Source of the DNA: a virus
Lineage: Duplodnaviria; Caudoviricetes
Length of the DNA: 33,473 bases
Direction: 5' to 3' (one strand)
IMG/VR virus record: IMGVR_UViG_3300005512_000172
Location: 1 to 33,473 of that record
A program made the translations under genes and the position numbers. The notes under the pieces were generated by a model. It saw only the letters and a program-made list of their open reading frames with translations, did no database searches and was not told the DNA's origin. Shown here in pieces: positions 25,470-33,473 of the stretch (position 1 is the first letter of the stretch; every line of letters begins with the position of its first letter).

Positions 25470-25952
25470 TTACTCACTACGGCGCAGATGTCGCACCGGA
25501 TTCCTGCCGCCGGCCATCCTACGGTCGGCAATCCAATCCAACCCTTCCTTTAATACCTTGAGCTTCTCTGGGCTACTTGATACGTCCCAGCCGTGGAGCA
25601 CCACTTCCTCAACCAAGTAAGCGGCATAATGCCCGAACCTTTTTTTCACCAGCCCAATAGTCCTGCTGTACCGCATCAACTGGTCGCTCTCCAAACCGCT
25701 CTGGGATGACCCCCCAGATGACTTAGGCTCGTAATTCAGGGGCTTTGCGAATATGCCTGCCTTTGCCGCTTGGTTCATCAAATACTCTGCGGCTTGGTGT
25801 TGCTGTAGCGTGAGCAGTCCATCCATCAGCATCCTGTCCACCATTGCCTGATCCATAACCTTGGCACGAGGTAGCTTGCCGCCCTCGACCATTACGCTGT
25901 GGCGCTTGTAGATTTCTTTGGTGCCGAGGTCTGTATGTGACTTGTCATTCAT
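25470..25952 (-). CDS. Hypothetical protein, possibly a DUF6456-like regulator
   Basis: VDRMLMDGLLTLQQHQAAEYL motif; family assignment tentative. Confidence 0.55.
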   Translation of the reverse strand: MNDKSHTDLGTKEIYKRHSVMVEGGKLPRAKVMDQAMVDRMLMDGLLTLQQHQAAEYLMNQAAKAGIFAKPLNYEPKSSGGSSQSGLESDQLMRYSRTIGLVKKRFGHYAAYLVEEVVLHGWDVSSSPEKLKVLKEGLDWIADRRMAGGRNPVRHLRRSE

Positions 25953-25959
25953 AACGGGT

Positions 25960-26120
25960 TTGTCCCCGGATAAAATAAATTTGTCCCCGGATAAATTTAT
26001 TTATTTTTAACTTGTCAGACATAACAGAATTGTCCCCGGATAATTTTTCCTGATTCCGTATCGACACCAACGGCAACGTAGGGATTGGCACCGGATACTT
26101 TGTCTAGTCTTGACAAGTTA
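25960..26120. repeat. Iteron-like repeats in an AT-rich intergenic region
   Basis: TTGTCCCCGGATAA at 25960, 25981 and 26030, plus a degenerate copy at 26085; inverted repeat TAACTTGTCA (26008-26017) / TGACAAGTTA (26111-26120). Confidence 0.85.
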
Positions 26121-27869
26121 TCACAAGTCATCGAAGTCGCTCCACTCTCTGGCATTGCCTTTGATAGCGGAACTCAGCTCAACGCGAGGCACGAACTGCT
26201 CATACCTTCCTGTGGACAAGTTGTAATCAAGTGCGGCCACGCCCTGCTGTCCAACCCACTTGAATCTGGATTTCCAGCAATGGATCTCCACACACTCATC
26301 TGTCCTGTGCACTGTGATACCGAGATCGGCCTTGGCAAACCACGCCGCAGAGCCAGAGATATTCATCCCCTTGGGCACAGCGTAGGTGCCATCCTCTCTG
26401 GGATACATCTTCTGAGGGTGGGCGACAAACCAGACGTGGATGCCGTGTGCCTTGGCGAACGAGGTGATCTTACTGAGCATATGCGAGATACCGGAATGCT
26501 CTTCCTGTCCGCTCTGCTCAATGTAGTTGTACGGATCTATAACTAGTCCACGCACACCCAGACGCATGACAGCCTGCTTGGTTCTGTCGATCACACTGTC
26601 AATGGTGCTCATGCCACCGTCTTTGGATTCAAGGAACACAAAGTGTTCGTTAATAAACTCTATGGCCTCTTCCAGCTCCTCCACGGACATCCGTTGGTTG
26701 AGCCCGTCGTAGAACGGTTTGCCGGTAATCTTCTCTGCCAGCTTAGCTATGTGCATGTGGGGTGGGTTCTCGAACGAACACACCGCAAACTTCCATGATT
26801 CATTCTGGGCGAGGTTGACCATAATCTGGTCAATGAACTCGGACTTACCTGATGATGGCATGCCTGTGACGATGGATAGTTGACCCTCAGCCACTGTGAA
26901 TAACTCATCAATAGCAGGGAAACCAGTTGACGCGCCCCGCCCGTGTCCATTGGCGTAGATTTCCTTGATGCTGTCGAGGTATTCGGATGCCCCGTACACG
27001 CCTGACAAGGGCACCGGCTCTGGATTCTGAAACAAGCTATGGGTCTCTTCGACGCCCAGCTCCCTGACCGCATCGTTCCCGTCCTTGATATCTTCGGGGA
27101 ACTTGACCCGCCAACACTTGGCTCGGCCCACCCTGCGGGCTATCTCCTCTGCCAGCGCCTCGCCCTGATGGTCATTGTCGGTGGCCAATAGTATCCTTTT
27201 GCACCGCTCAATCCGCTCTCGTTCTTCCCATATATAGGAGAATTTATTGTCCTCTTCTGGACTGACTCTGTTTTGGCTGACCTTCGCAGGTGCCCCGTTG
27301 GGGCAACTAACGGCCTTGATTCCGACGCTGGCGAGGGCTATGACATCACACTCCCCCTCAACTATCGTTAATTCTTCGTCGTCTGGCCCCACGTTTTCGA
27401 TACCGTAGAAGCTACGAGGCGCCCCTTCGCAGGAAAATGCCTTCCCGTCGACGGAGCGCCACTTGATTGCTGATGGATTCTCGCGGCTACCGTAGATAAA
27501 TCCGACCGCTTCTTTCTGCTCACCGTCTAGCCAGCGCGTGCCGGTAGTCATTGCTGGTAACTCGTCAAGATTATCCAGCTCAACGCCACGACCGTGGAAA
27601 AACTCTTTGATTAAATCGACATTGTAGTTGAGTTGCGTTGGTATCTTTACGACTTTGTTCGTTGGTTTCACTTCGTATTCCTCCCAGAATTTTTTTCTTT
27701 TTACCGCCCCCGACAGCCCACAGTGGTGGCACATGTAGACTGAATGATCGTGGTGGACGGTTACTGATAATGTTTTTTCGTGTTTCTTCTTCCTCTGGTC
27801 GCCGCACTCAGGGCATTTGGCCCTGACGCTTTCCCCAAAGCCCAAGACGTAATCATCTATGGCCTGCAT
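26121..27869 (-). CDS. Primase-helicase (T7 gp4/Twinkle-like)
   Basis: Zn ribbon CPEC...CHHC, TOPRIM EGECD and DND, KDxND, Walker A GMPSSGKS, IDPYN, VAHP. Confidence 0.92.
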   Translation of the reverse strand: MQAIDDYVLGFGESVRAKCPECGDQRKKKHEKTLSVTVHHDHSVYMCHHCGLSGAVKRKKFWEEYEVKPTNKVVKIPTQLNYNVDLIKEFFHGRGVELDNLDELPAMTTGTRWLDGEQKEAVGFIYGSRENPSAIKWRSVDGKAFSCEGAPRSFYGIENVGPDDEELTIVEGECDVIALASVGIKAVSCPNGAPAKVSQNRVSPEEDNKFSYIWEERERIERCKRILLATDNDHQGEALAEEIARRVGRAKCWRVKFPEDIKDGNDAVRELGVEETHSLFQNPEPVPLSGVYGASEYLDSIKEIYANGHGRGASTGFPAIDELFTVAEGQLSIVTGMPSSGKSEFIDQIMVNLAQNESWKFAVCSFENPPHMHIAKLAEKITGKPFYDGLNQRMSVEELEEAIEFINEHFVFLESKDGGMSTIDSVIDRTKQAVMRLGVRGLVIDPYNYIEQSGQEEHSGISHMLSKITSFAKAHGIHVWFVAHPQKMYPREDGTYAVPKGMNISGSAAWFAKADLGITVHRTDECVEIHCWKSRFKWVGQQGVAALDYNLSTGRYEQFVPRVELSSAIKGNAREWSDFDDL

Positions 27870-27932
27870 AAAGCGTTTGCCTTTTGGTCATTTTCGTGAT
27901 AATTATGGAAACATCTAGTAATATACTAGGTA

Positions 27933-28005
27933 CTAGGACAGTCCTAGCTTAGATACTTTCTAAGTTTAAATACTTAGATATATACCAGCTTAGGACAGTC
28001 CTAGA
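27933..28005. repeat. Cluster 2 of TAGGACWGTCCTA palindromes
   Basis: CTAGGACAGTCCTAG at 27933-27947 and TAGGACAGTCCTA at 27991-28003, in AT/CTAG-rich DNA. Confidence 0.85.
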
Positions 28006-28032
28006 GGATACGACTCCTAATGTTTCCTCCCT

Positions 28033-28059
28033 AACCCCGTCCACAAACGGGGTTTTTTT
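28033..28059 (+). terminator. Rho-independent terminator on the plus strand
   Basis: AACCCCGT-CCACAA-ACGGGGTT continuing into a T7 run. Confidence 0.7.
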
Positions 28060-28309
28060 ACGCACAATCTGCAAGCTCTTCCACCAGCATCCTCACCACA
28101 ACACGTTGCTCTGTTTTGCTGAGCAGTAGCATTTCGTCGAGCGCATCCTGTAGCCCGAACGGGTAGCCGGCGATGTTGCAGTGTTTGAGGAAAGCGGGGG
28201 ATTGCAGGTATTTAATCGCGTCAGCCTTGATCTGTGACTGATCGCTTATCAGGTCTTTGATGGCCTGACTAATTACCTTGGCATAAACGGTCTTGTAAAT
28301 TCCAGACAC
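28058..28309 (-). CDS. Hypothetical protein
   Basis: 83 aa helical (VIxQAIKD), overlaps the rusA-like gene. Confidence 0.6.
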   Translation of the reverse strand: MSGIYKTVYAKVISQAIKDLISDQSQIKADAIKYLQSPAFLKHCNIAGYPFGLQDALDEMLLLSKTEQRVVVRMLVEELADCA

Positions 28310-28655
28310 TTATCACTGCCCTCGGGTCCTCTTTGTCGACCCCACCCCAGATTATGTGTTTTTCTTTGACCTGTCTATCATTCTTGTACACTAGTCCTTG
28401 CATACAATCTAATATCAATGACTCGTCGAGATCAGGCCGCCGACTAGCATAATATATCGTGATTTTTACCGCCACATCTTTTTCAAAAAGCGGGTCAACT
28501 TTTCGACACTGGCGTTCAAAGGACTTCACATAGTCAAGCGCTTTCTGGGATTTGATGAACAGTGGGCGCCCTGTCTTGCTCTTAACTAGCCTACGGCTAT
28601 TGGCTTTACTGCAAGGCTCACCGTGTATCGTTATATTCAATATATCGTTTGACAT
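28269..28655 (-). CDS. rusA: RusA-like Holliday junction resolvase
   Basis: GEP.SKAN, RRPDLD...ILDCMQG.VY.NDRQV catalytic Asp pattern. Confidence 0.8.
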   Translation of the reverse strand: MSNDILNITIHGEPCSKANSRRLVKSKTGRPLFIKSQKALDYVKSFERQCRKVDPLFEKDVAVKITIYYASRRPDLDESLILDCMQGLVYKNDRQVKEKHIIWGGVDKEDPRAVISVWNLQDRLCQGN

Positions 28656-28832
28656 TGCCCCTCTACCATTATTTACTTATCTACACCCAAGGCTAGGTTT
28701 CACGCCTGTGGAGTCGGTTAGCGCCGCCCCGATGGGTAGAAATGCGGCGCACCATTATCAACCGGAGAACATCCATGAGCAAGATGGGACGCTATGTTTA
28801 CCGAATACAGGAACAAGAGGAACGTGAGCTTT

Positions 28833-29066
28833 ATGACAATCACGATAGAGAAGAATGTGCCGATACCCCAACGCACCCGCTTGCCAGAGTTACCCTTTGG
28901 CGACATGGAGGTAGGAGACTCGTTCCTCGTGCCCCTTCAAATGCAAGACTCCCAAAGCGTAGCTTCACTACGGCAGAGGGTGTCGAGGTATCAGAGAGCG
29001 AATGACCCTAAGAGATTTAGCACTGTTAAGTCTGAGGGCGGCATGAGGGTGTTCCGCATCGCATGA
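28833..29066 (+). CDS. Small putative DNA-binding protein
   Basis: IEKNVPIP...PF.DMEVGDSF...G.RVFR motif common in phages. Confidence 0.7.
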   Translation: MTITIEKNVPIPQRTRLPELPFGDMEVGDSFLVPLQMQDSQSVASLRQRVSRYQRANDPKRFSTVKSEGGMRVFRIA

Positions 29067-29935
29067 TTATCACCAACCAAACCGACCTGCCCGAACCTGT
29101 TTTTCTGTCGCTCACGCACAGCGATTACACCAAGGGCGACAGCAATCGGTCAGTGACTCAACTGATTGACTCCCCGCGTGTGCGCATACTGCGCAAGGAG
29201 CACGAGAGTCAGATCGTCGAGGACGCCGCAGATATGGTTTGGTCTGTGCTGGGCACCGCAGTGCACAAGATGTTTGAACAGCATGACGCAGACGGGCACA
29301 TATCAGAAGAGAGACTGTATGCAGAGGTGGACAACTGGGTAATCAGTGGCGCCATCGACATCCAGCGCTCCGAGGATGATGGCACCGTGACTGTGCTGGA
29401 TTACAAGTGCACGTCAGTCTGGTCTGTGATTCATGGCAAGCCAGAGTGGGAGAAGCAACTTAACTTCTACGCATGGCTCGTTGAGTATTGCAAAGAGGTT
29501 GAGGTCAAGTCTCTGCAAATCGTGGCGGTGTTGCGTGACTGGCAACGCACCAAGGCAACGCTGGAATCTAACTATCCAGAGGCGCCTATTGTAGTCGTGA
29601 ACGTACCGCTATGGAGTCAAGATGAGCGTGATGCTTATGTGCGCGGGCGTGTCCAGCTTCATCAAAATGCCGAGTTTGATCGACTCACTGGTGGCGTCCT
29701 GCCTCTGTGTAGCGATGAGGAGCGATGGAAGAAGCACGACTCATACGCCGTAATGTCTGGCACAAACAAGCGCGCTACTCGGGTCTTTGATTCGGAACTG
29801 GCGGCGCAGGAGTTTATTGACAACAAGTCAGACCCTAAGTTCCACATCGAGTTCCGTGCTGGCAAGTGCACTCGGTGCGTGGACAACTACTGCAAGGTTG
29901 CCCAGTTTTGCGATCAATATCAGGAGGGCGAGTGA
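29063..29935 (+). CDS. PD-(D/E)XK Cas4/RecB-like exonuclease
   Basis: GTAVH, SGAID, DYK and QLNFY motifs; C-terminal Cys cluster. Confidence 0.82.
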   Translation: MIITNQTDLPEPVFLSLTHSDYTKGDSNRSVTQLIDSPRVRILRKEHESQIVEDAADMVWSVLGTAVHKMFEQHDADGHISEERLYAEVDNWVISGAIDIQRSEDDGTVTVLDYKCTSVWSVIHGKPEWEKQLNFYAWLVEYCKEVEVKSLQIVAVLRDWQRTKATLESNYPEAPIVVVNVPLWSQDERDAYVRGRVQLHQNAEFDRLTGGVLPLCSDEERWKKHDSYAVMSGTNKRATRVFDSELAAQEFIDNKSDPKFHIEFRAGKCTRCVDNYCKVAQFCDQYQEGE

Positions 29936-30159
29936 ACCCACTTACAACAGATCCTGACTTCTACCGCAAGGTGGTAGGCATGATGCAACAATCTAAAAAC
30001 AATCTAAGAATTAACATCAACGGAAACACGCTGTCGTTTTGGTTAAGTGGCAAGCACATTGGCGATATGAATGGCGCTGAATTTTACAAAATGACAGCCA
30101 ACGAAGTGTGGAAACAACTAGGAGTAAGTAATGAGCACAAAAAAAACTGGCTCGTCTGA
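29932..30159 (+). CDS. Hypothetical protein
   Basis: GTGA-coupled start behind GGAGG. Confidence 0.55.
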   Translation: MNPLTTDPDFYRKVVGMMQQSKNNLRININGNTLSFWLSGKHIGDMNGAEFYKMTANEVWKQLGVSNEHKKNWLV

Positions 30160-30403
30160 CGAGTTTTTCATTGGTGTAATCAAACAGGCGCACAACGGTC
30201 CTGTGCGGGTGGTATCTATGGCGGCATCGGACATCGAAGGGGCGAGGGAACAGTGCCATCGTCTCTGCGAACGGCTCACCCCGAAGGAGCCTGACCCTGA
30301 CGATTTAACCTCATCCGAAAGCGATTTTTTAATGAACTACTCGTGGTCAACGCTTGTCGTCGTCAACGTGGAGGATATCCGCTCAATAGCGTCGGAGGCT
30401 TGA
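30131..30403 (+). CDS. Hypothetical protein
   Basis: 90 aa with AGGAG SD. Confidence 0.55.
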   Translation: MSTKKTGSSDEFFIGVIKQAHNGPVRVVSMAASDIEGAREQCHRLCERLTPKEPDPDDLTSSESDFLMNYSWSTLVVVNVEDIRSIASEA

Positions 30404-30444
30404 GCATTGAAGGTAACGAAGGTATCTCAGGAGGAAGTTGTAGC

Positions 30445-31176
30445 ATGACTGCTAAAAACACATATAAGCACACATATAAGTCCGTGTGGGAAACGCTGTC
30501 GAAGGTTGACTGCAATGAACACAAGGAAAGCAAGAACGGCCTAAGCTATCTGTCTTGGGCGTGGGCGTGGGGCATCTTAATGGAGAACTATCCGGATGCC
30601 ACCTATGAGTTTTTCAATGAGTGCCGTGATGATCTGGGCCACGTCGAGGTATGGTGTCGAGTCCGGATCGGGGAGCTTGAGCGCATCATGTGGTTGCCAG
30701 TGATGGACTACAAGAACAATGCGATGAAGAACCCTGACCTGCGTAAGATATCCGACACAAGGATGCGATGCCTGACCAAGTGCATCAGCATGTTTGGGCT
30801 GGGCCACTACATCTACGCTGGCGAAGATCTGCCAAGCGGCCCTGACGAGCCTGAGAAAAAGCCAGAGCCTAATAAGCCAGCGCCCAAGAAGCCGGCGGAG
30901 AAGAAGACCGAGCCGCCTGCTCAGAACAAGTCAGAGACAAAATCAGAGACGGCGCCCAACACGATTGGCGATGCCGAGGAAGCCGCAAACGCTGTCACCT
31001 TTCTGATCGACACGGTAGACAACTTTGCCTCGGAGTCCCTTGAGCAACTAAAGGACTTCTACCATACCAACAAGGCGCTGATCGACCAGTTGGATACTCA
31101 ATTCCCTGAGCAATACGCTAAGTTGAAAGATCACCTTAGTGCACTCAAAGCCAAACTACAGGAGGAAGCGGCATGA
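30445..31176 (+). CDS. sak: Sak-family single-strand annealing protein (DUF1071)
   Basis: LSYLSWAWAW...YPDA...LPVMD...MRCLTK...GLGHYIYAGEDLP; start behind AGGAGG. Confidence 0.82.
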   Translation: MTAKNTYKHTYKSVWETLSKVDCNEHKESKNGLSYLSWAWAWGILMENYPDATYEFFNECRDDLGHVEVWCRVRIGELERIMWLPVMDYKNNAMKNPDLRKISDTRMRCLTKCISMFGLGHYIYAGEDLPSGPDEPEKKPEPNKPAPKKPAEKKTEPPAQNKSETKSETAPNTIGDAEEAANAVTFLIDTVDNFASESLEQLKDFYHTNKALIDQLDTQFPEQYAKLKDHLSALKAKLQEEAA

Positions 31177-31505
31177 GTAATGATAAGTACCCAAAGACTG
31201 AGGGCGGCTTGTACACCAACCAGTACAAGAAGGCCAACAACCAGCCTGACTGGACAGGTAATGTGAAGATCTCTTCTGCACAGATCAAAAACATTATCGC
31301 GATGGGCAAGGCTGGCGTTGAGCCGAAGCTAAAGCTGGCGGCATGGAATCGGAAGAGCAAGCAAGATGGCTCAGAGTATTTCTACATATCAGCCGAAGCT
31401 GAGTTTGATGAGTCGAAGGTTTCTGCGCCGCCTCAGACTTACTCCTCAGAAGTAGTAAGCGTGCCTGAACCCATCTCTCAGCCAGAAGATGACTGGCCGT
31501 TCTGA
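31173..31505 (+). CDS. Putative single-stranded DNA-binding protein
   Basis: PDWTG...AAW...YIS OB-like pattern; acidic tail EDDWPF like the SSB C-terminus; follows sak. Confidence 0.65.
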   Translation: MSNDKYPKTEGGLYTNQYKKANNQPDWTGNVKISSAQIKNIIAMGKAGVEPKLKLAAWNRKSKQDGSEYFYISAEAEFDESKVSAPPQTYSSEVVSVPEPISQPEDDWPF

Positions 31506-31825
31506 TGATTAGAAGCAAGCCCATGTTGGCCGGCGCAAAGGGCCAAGGTTGTGTGAACTGCGGTGCCGCTGATGGCACGGTGGTCGCGGCCCACTACACC
31601 GGCTTGCGCGGTCACTTGCTTGGAAAAGGTAAGGGCATTAAGGCTCACGACTTGATGGTGGCTGACCTGTGTTTTAAATGTCACCACGCATTTGACGTGG
31701 ACTATGACGGGTCTAGTTTTGACAAGAAGATAGACCTGAGTGAGCAGTTTTTATACTTGATTGCGCGGACGCTACTGCGCCGCGTAGACCAAGGCATCAT
31801 TACCGTTAAGGGATATGAACCATGA
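31505..31825 (+). CDS. Zn-binding HNH-like nuclease (DUF968/DUF1364-like)
   Basis: CxxC...VVAAH...GxGIKAHD...LCxxCH..FD. Confidence 0.7.
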   Translation: MIRSKPMLAGAKGQGCVNCGAADGTVVAAHYTGLRGHLLGKGKGIKAHDLMVADLCFKCHHAFDVDYDGSSFDKKIDLSEQFLYLIARTLLRRVDQGIITVKGYEP

Positions 31826-32043
31826 TTACCTACAATCCACTACTCCAACTGGAGCAGAAACGAACACGGCAGAGGGCGATCAAAGCAATGTGCGCTCACT
31901 GCATGGGCTGTACCAAGGATCACATAGAACCGGGGTTTCGCGAATGTGTGCGCAACTGCACCTCAGTGAATTGCCCGCTTCATTACTACCGACCATATCA
32001 AGACAAGGAGAGCAGTGATGCTGATACCGATACCACGCACTAA
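31822..32043 (+). CDS. Small Cys-rich protein
   Basis: AIKAMCAHC...VRNCTSVNCPLH.YRP. Confidence 0.65.
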   Translation: MITYNPLLQLEQKRTRQRAIKAMCAHCMGCTKDHIEPGFRECVRNCTSVNCPLHYYRPYQDKESSDADTDTTH

Positions 32044-32446
32044 ATCAATTCAGCTACTCAACACGTTTCAGTATTTATCCTCTGCGTTTCCAGAGAAGCT
32101 GAAGGAGCTGGTGGATGTAAACAAGGTGTCCGCTGAGGGTGTAGTCATTGAGATCAAGCCGCTGAAGTCGGCTCGCACTCGGCCACAAGAGAACTACTAC
32201 CGGAAGTGGTGTGCTGAGTTTGCTCGCTTTTGCGGCATGACGCCAGATGAAATGCACGAGGAAATGCTGTGCCAGTGCTATGGATCTACAGAGCACGCCA
32301 CCAAGTTTGGCCTGCGCAGGCGCCCAGCAAAGCGAAGCTCAGATGCTAGCAAGACTGACTACTCTGAACTTATTGAGACGTTGTGCCGCATAGCCGCCGA
32401 GGTTGGCTTCTACGTTCCACCCGCAGAGGAAGGACGCCGTGAGTAG
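32015..32446 (+). CDS. NinB/Orf-like recombination protein
   Basis: RTxPQxxYY...G.TPDEMHE...SS...DYSELIE pattern. Confidence 0.65.
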   Translation: MMLIPIPRTKSIQLLNTFQYLSSAFPEKLKELVDVNKVSAEGVVIEIKPLKSARTRPQENYYRKWCAEFARFCGMTPDEMHEEMLCQCYGSTEHATKFGLRRRPAKRSSDASKTDYSELIETLCRIAAEVGFYVPPAEEGRRE

Positions 32447-32666
32447 CATAAAGATTGTGTTGGAGGGGGATGCCTACCGCGATCTGGTGGTGTCGATTGA
32501 CGGGTTTATCGACGAAATGGCAGTAAGGCTGGAGGATATTGAGGCCACGGTTTCTGATATTCAAAAGATGATGCTTGAGCAACAGGCTGATGTTTCGTTG
32601 ATTATGAGGAAGGTGGGCGCCAGCGGGATACTGGCGGCGGGGGCGACACATGAGAAGAAAGATTAG
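32439..32666 (+). CDS. Hypothetical coiled-coil protein
   Basis: GTG start at 32439 overlapping the previous stop region. Confidence 0.5.
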   Translation: MSSIKIVLEGDAYRDLVVSIDGFIDEMAVRLEDIEATVSDIQKMMLEQQADVSLIMRKVGASGILAAGATHEKKD

Positions 32667-32757
32667 GGATCTTGGCGAGCACTGGCTCGCGCTTTCGGTG
32701 ATTACTGCAATCACCCTGACAGCTATACTGTTTGAGCTAGCCGATAAGTTGGATTGA
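32650..32757 (+). CDS. 35-aa single-pass membrane peptide
   Basis: MRRKIRDLGEHWLALSVITAITLTAILFELADKLD; fills the gap and its TGA overlaps the next ATG. Confidence 0.5.
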   Translation: MRRKIRDLGEHWLALSVITAITLTAILFELADKLD

Positions 32758-33242
32758 TGTCAGGAACTGAGCGGCTTGGAACTGGCCAAGCCTTTAATCA
32801 CATGACTATCTTGGATGGCGGATCTGGACAGCATGCTGGAAAGCTCGGTGAGATAGCATTTGCCAAGTGGCTTATAGTTAATGATGTTGAGTTTAGCTGG
32901 CATGCGTGTGACAAGGGGCCGGTAGATTTTTCTTTGAGTCTGTCTGGGCGGTACGCAGGGGTCGACGTAAAGACAAAAGAGCGTAATGTCCCTGCGGACT
33001 GGAACCACGACGCACATGTCACGGCAGAGCAAGAACGTTACGCCTGCCAGATATATGTTTTTTGCAATGTAACCGACGGCGAGACTACGCTTATGGGCTG
33101 GTGCGGCAAGCTGGAGTTTTGGCAGAAATGCAGGCGTGTAAAAAAAGGTAGCAAGGAGGGGCCATTTGTTGAGCGAGCCGATGCAGGCAAGTTACCGTAT
33201 CGCGAACTCAAAAAGATGGAGCACCTTCTTCGGTATCGTTAA
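32757..33242 (+). CDS. PD-(D/E)XK restriction-endonuclease-like protein
   Basis: GKLGE...VDF...VDVKT...GW motif order. Confidence 0.65.
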   Translation: MSGTERLGTGQAFNHMTILDGGSGQHAGKLGEIAFAKWLIVNDVEFSWHACDKGPVDFSLSLSGRYAGVDVKTKERNVPADWNHDAHVTAEQERYACQIYVFCNVTDGETTLMGWCGKLEFWQKCRRVKKGSKEGPFVERADAGKLPYRELKKMEHLLRYR

Positions 33243-33469
33243 TGAACGGTCTCGTCTCCATCCTCGTAGGGCGCCAATTCATATAAACATGCCATGTGAA
33301 CTGCCGCCGCCATCATGCCGACACTCTCGGCGGTGGCGTTGGTGGTGCACTCAAACGTCACGTCACCATCTTTCGTTCTGTACATAAGAACTACGGACGA
33401 CAGCTTATCTGCCAGCCCTGTTGACTCGTCAGTAATAGCGGCTACAAAGCCCTCTAAACTATCACTCAC
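33239..33469 (-). CDS. Hypothetical protein, convergent, at the window edge
   Basis: 76 aa; stop overlaps the stop of the previous gene; upstream context is outside the window. Confidence 0.5.
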   Translation of the reverse strand: MSDSLEGFVAAITDESTGLADKLSSVVLMYRTKDGDVTFECTTNATAESVGMMAAAVHMACLYELAPYEDGDETVH

Positions 33470-33473
33470 ATTC

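Noticed and set aside
25960-26043. Repeats as a mini-CRISPR or DnaA boxes
   Set aside because: The 14-bp units and uneven gaps do not fit CRISPR; only TTATCC of the DnaA box TTATCCACA matches.
28649-28677. TTGACA promoter for the rightward recombination operon
   Set aside because: The hexamer overlaps the rusA start codon and the -10 at 17 bp (TTTACT) lacks the conserved A; too weak to call.
29063-29935. Cas4-like nuclease as a sign of CRISPR-Cas
   Set aside because: No array or other cas genes; the context is Sak/SSB recombination.
30458-30480. Tandem ACACATATAAG duplication near the sak start
   Set aside because: In-frame 12-bp period duplication (TYK-H-TYK) with no evident function.
1-33473. 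tRNA genes, integrase/att, diversity-generating retroelement, introns or inteins
   Set aside because: No cloverleaf, recombinase or reverse-transcriptase motifs, and no interrupted core genes were seen by eye.

Overview
The window is most of a tailed dsDNA phage genome, probably short-tailed with a P22-like long portal. No host genes, integrase, DNA polymerase, lysis genes, tRNA or CRISPR array are visible. Positions 1-16.4 kb are a leftward (minus-strand) late operon. In transcription order it holds two unknown genes, an HNH protein, TerL, portal, a GroES co-chaperonin, scaffold, major capsid protein, a cluster of small Lys-rich proteins, adaptors and tail/fibre genes. Positions 16.4-18.1 kb are a control hub with TAGGACWGTCCTA palindromes, phased T-tracts, a G-tract, terS, a LexA box interleaved with three IHF consensus sites, and divergent sigma70-type promoters. 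Positions 18.1-25.4 kb are rightward early genes: a Cys-His-Asp protein, a type III hammerhead ribozyme, a DUF3150-like/MoxR-type AAA+/HExxH-vWA triad, then many small genes (SutA-like, HTH, DUF3310). Positions 25.5-28.7 kb are a leftward replication block (Twinkle/T7 gp4-like primase-helicase, RusA) with iteron-like repeats. Positions 28.8-33.2 kb are a rightward recombination block (Cas4-like exonuclease, Sak, SSB-like, NinB-like, nucleases). The most striking observation is the hammerhead ribozyme directly in front of the uncharacterised AAA+/vWA-protease module. Family names come from motif recognition from memory, not from database searches.
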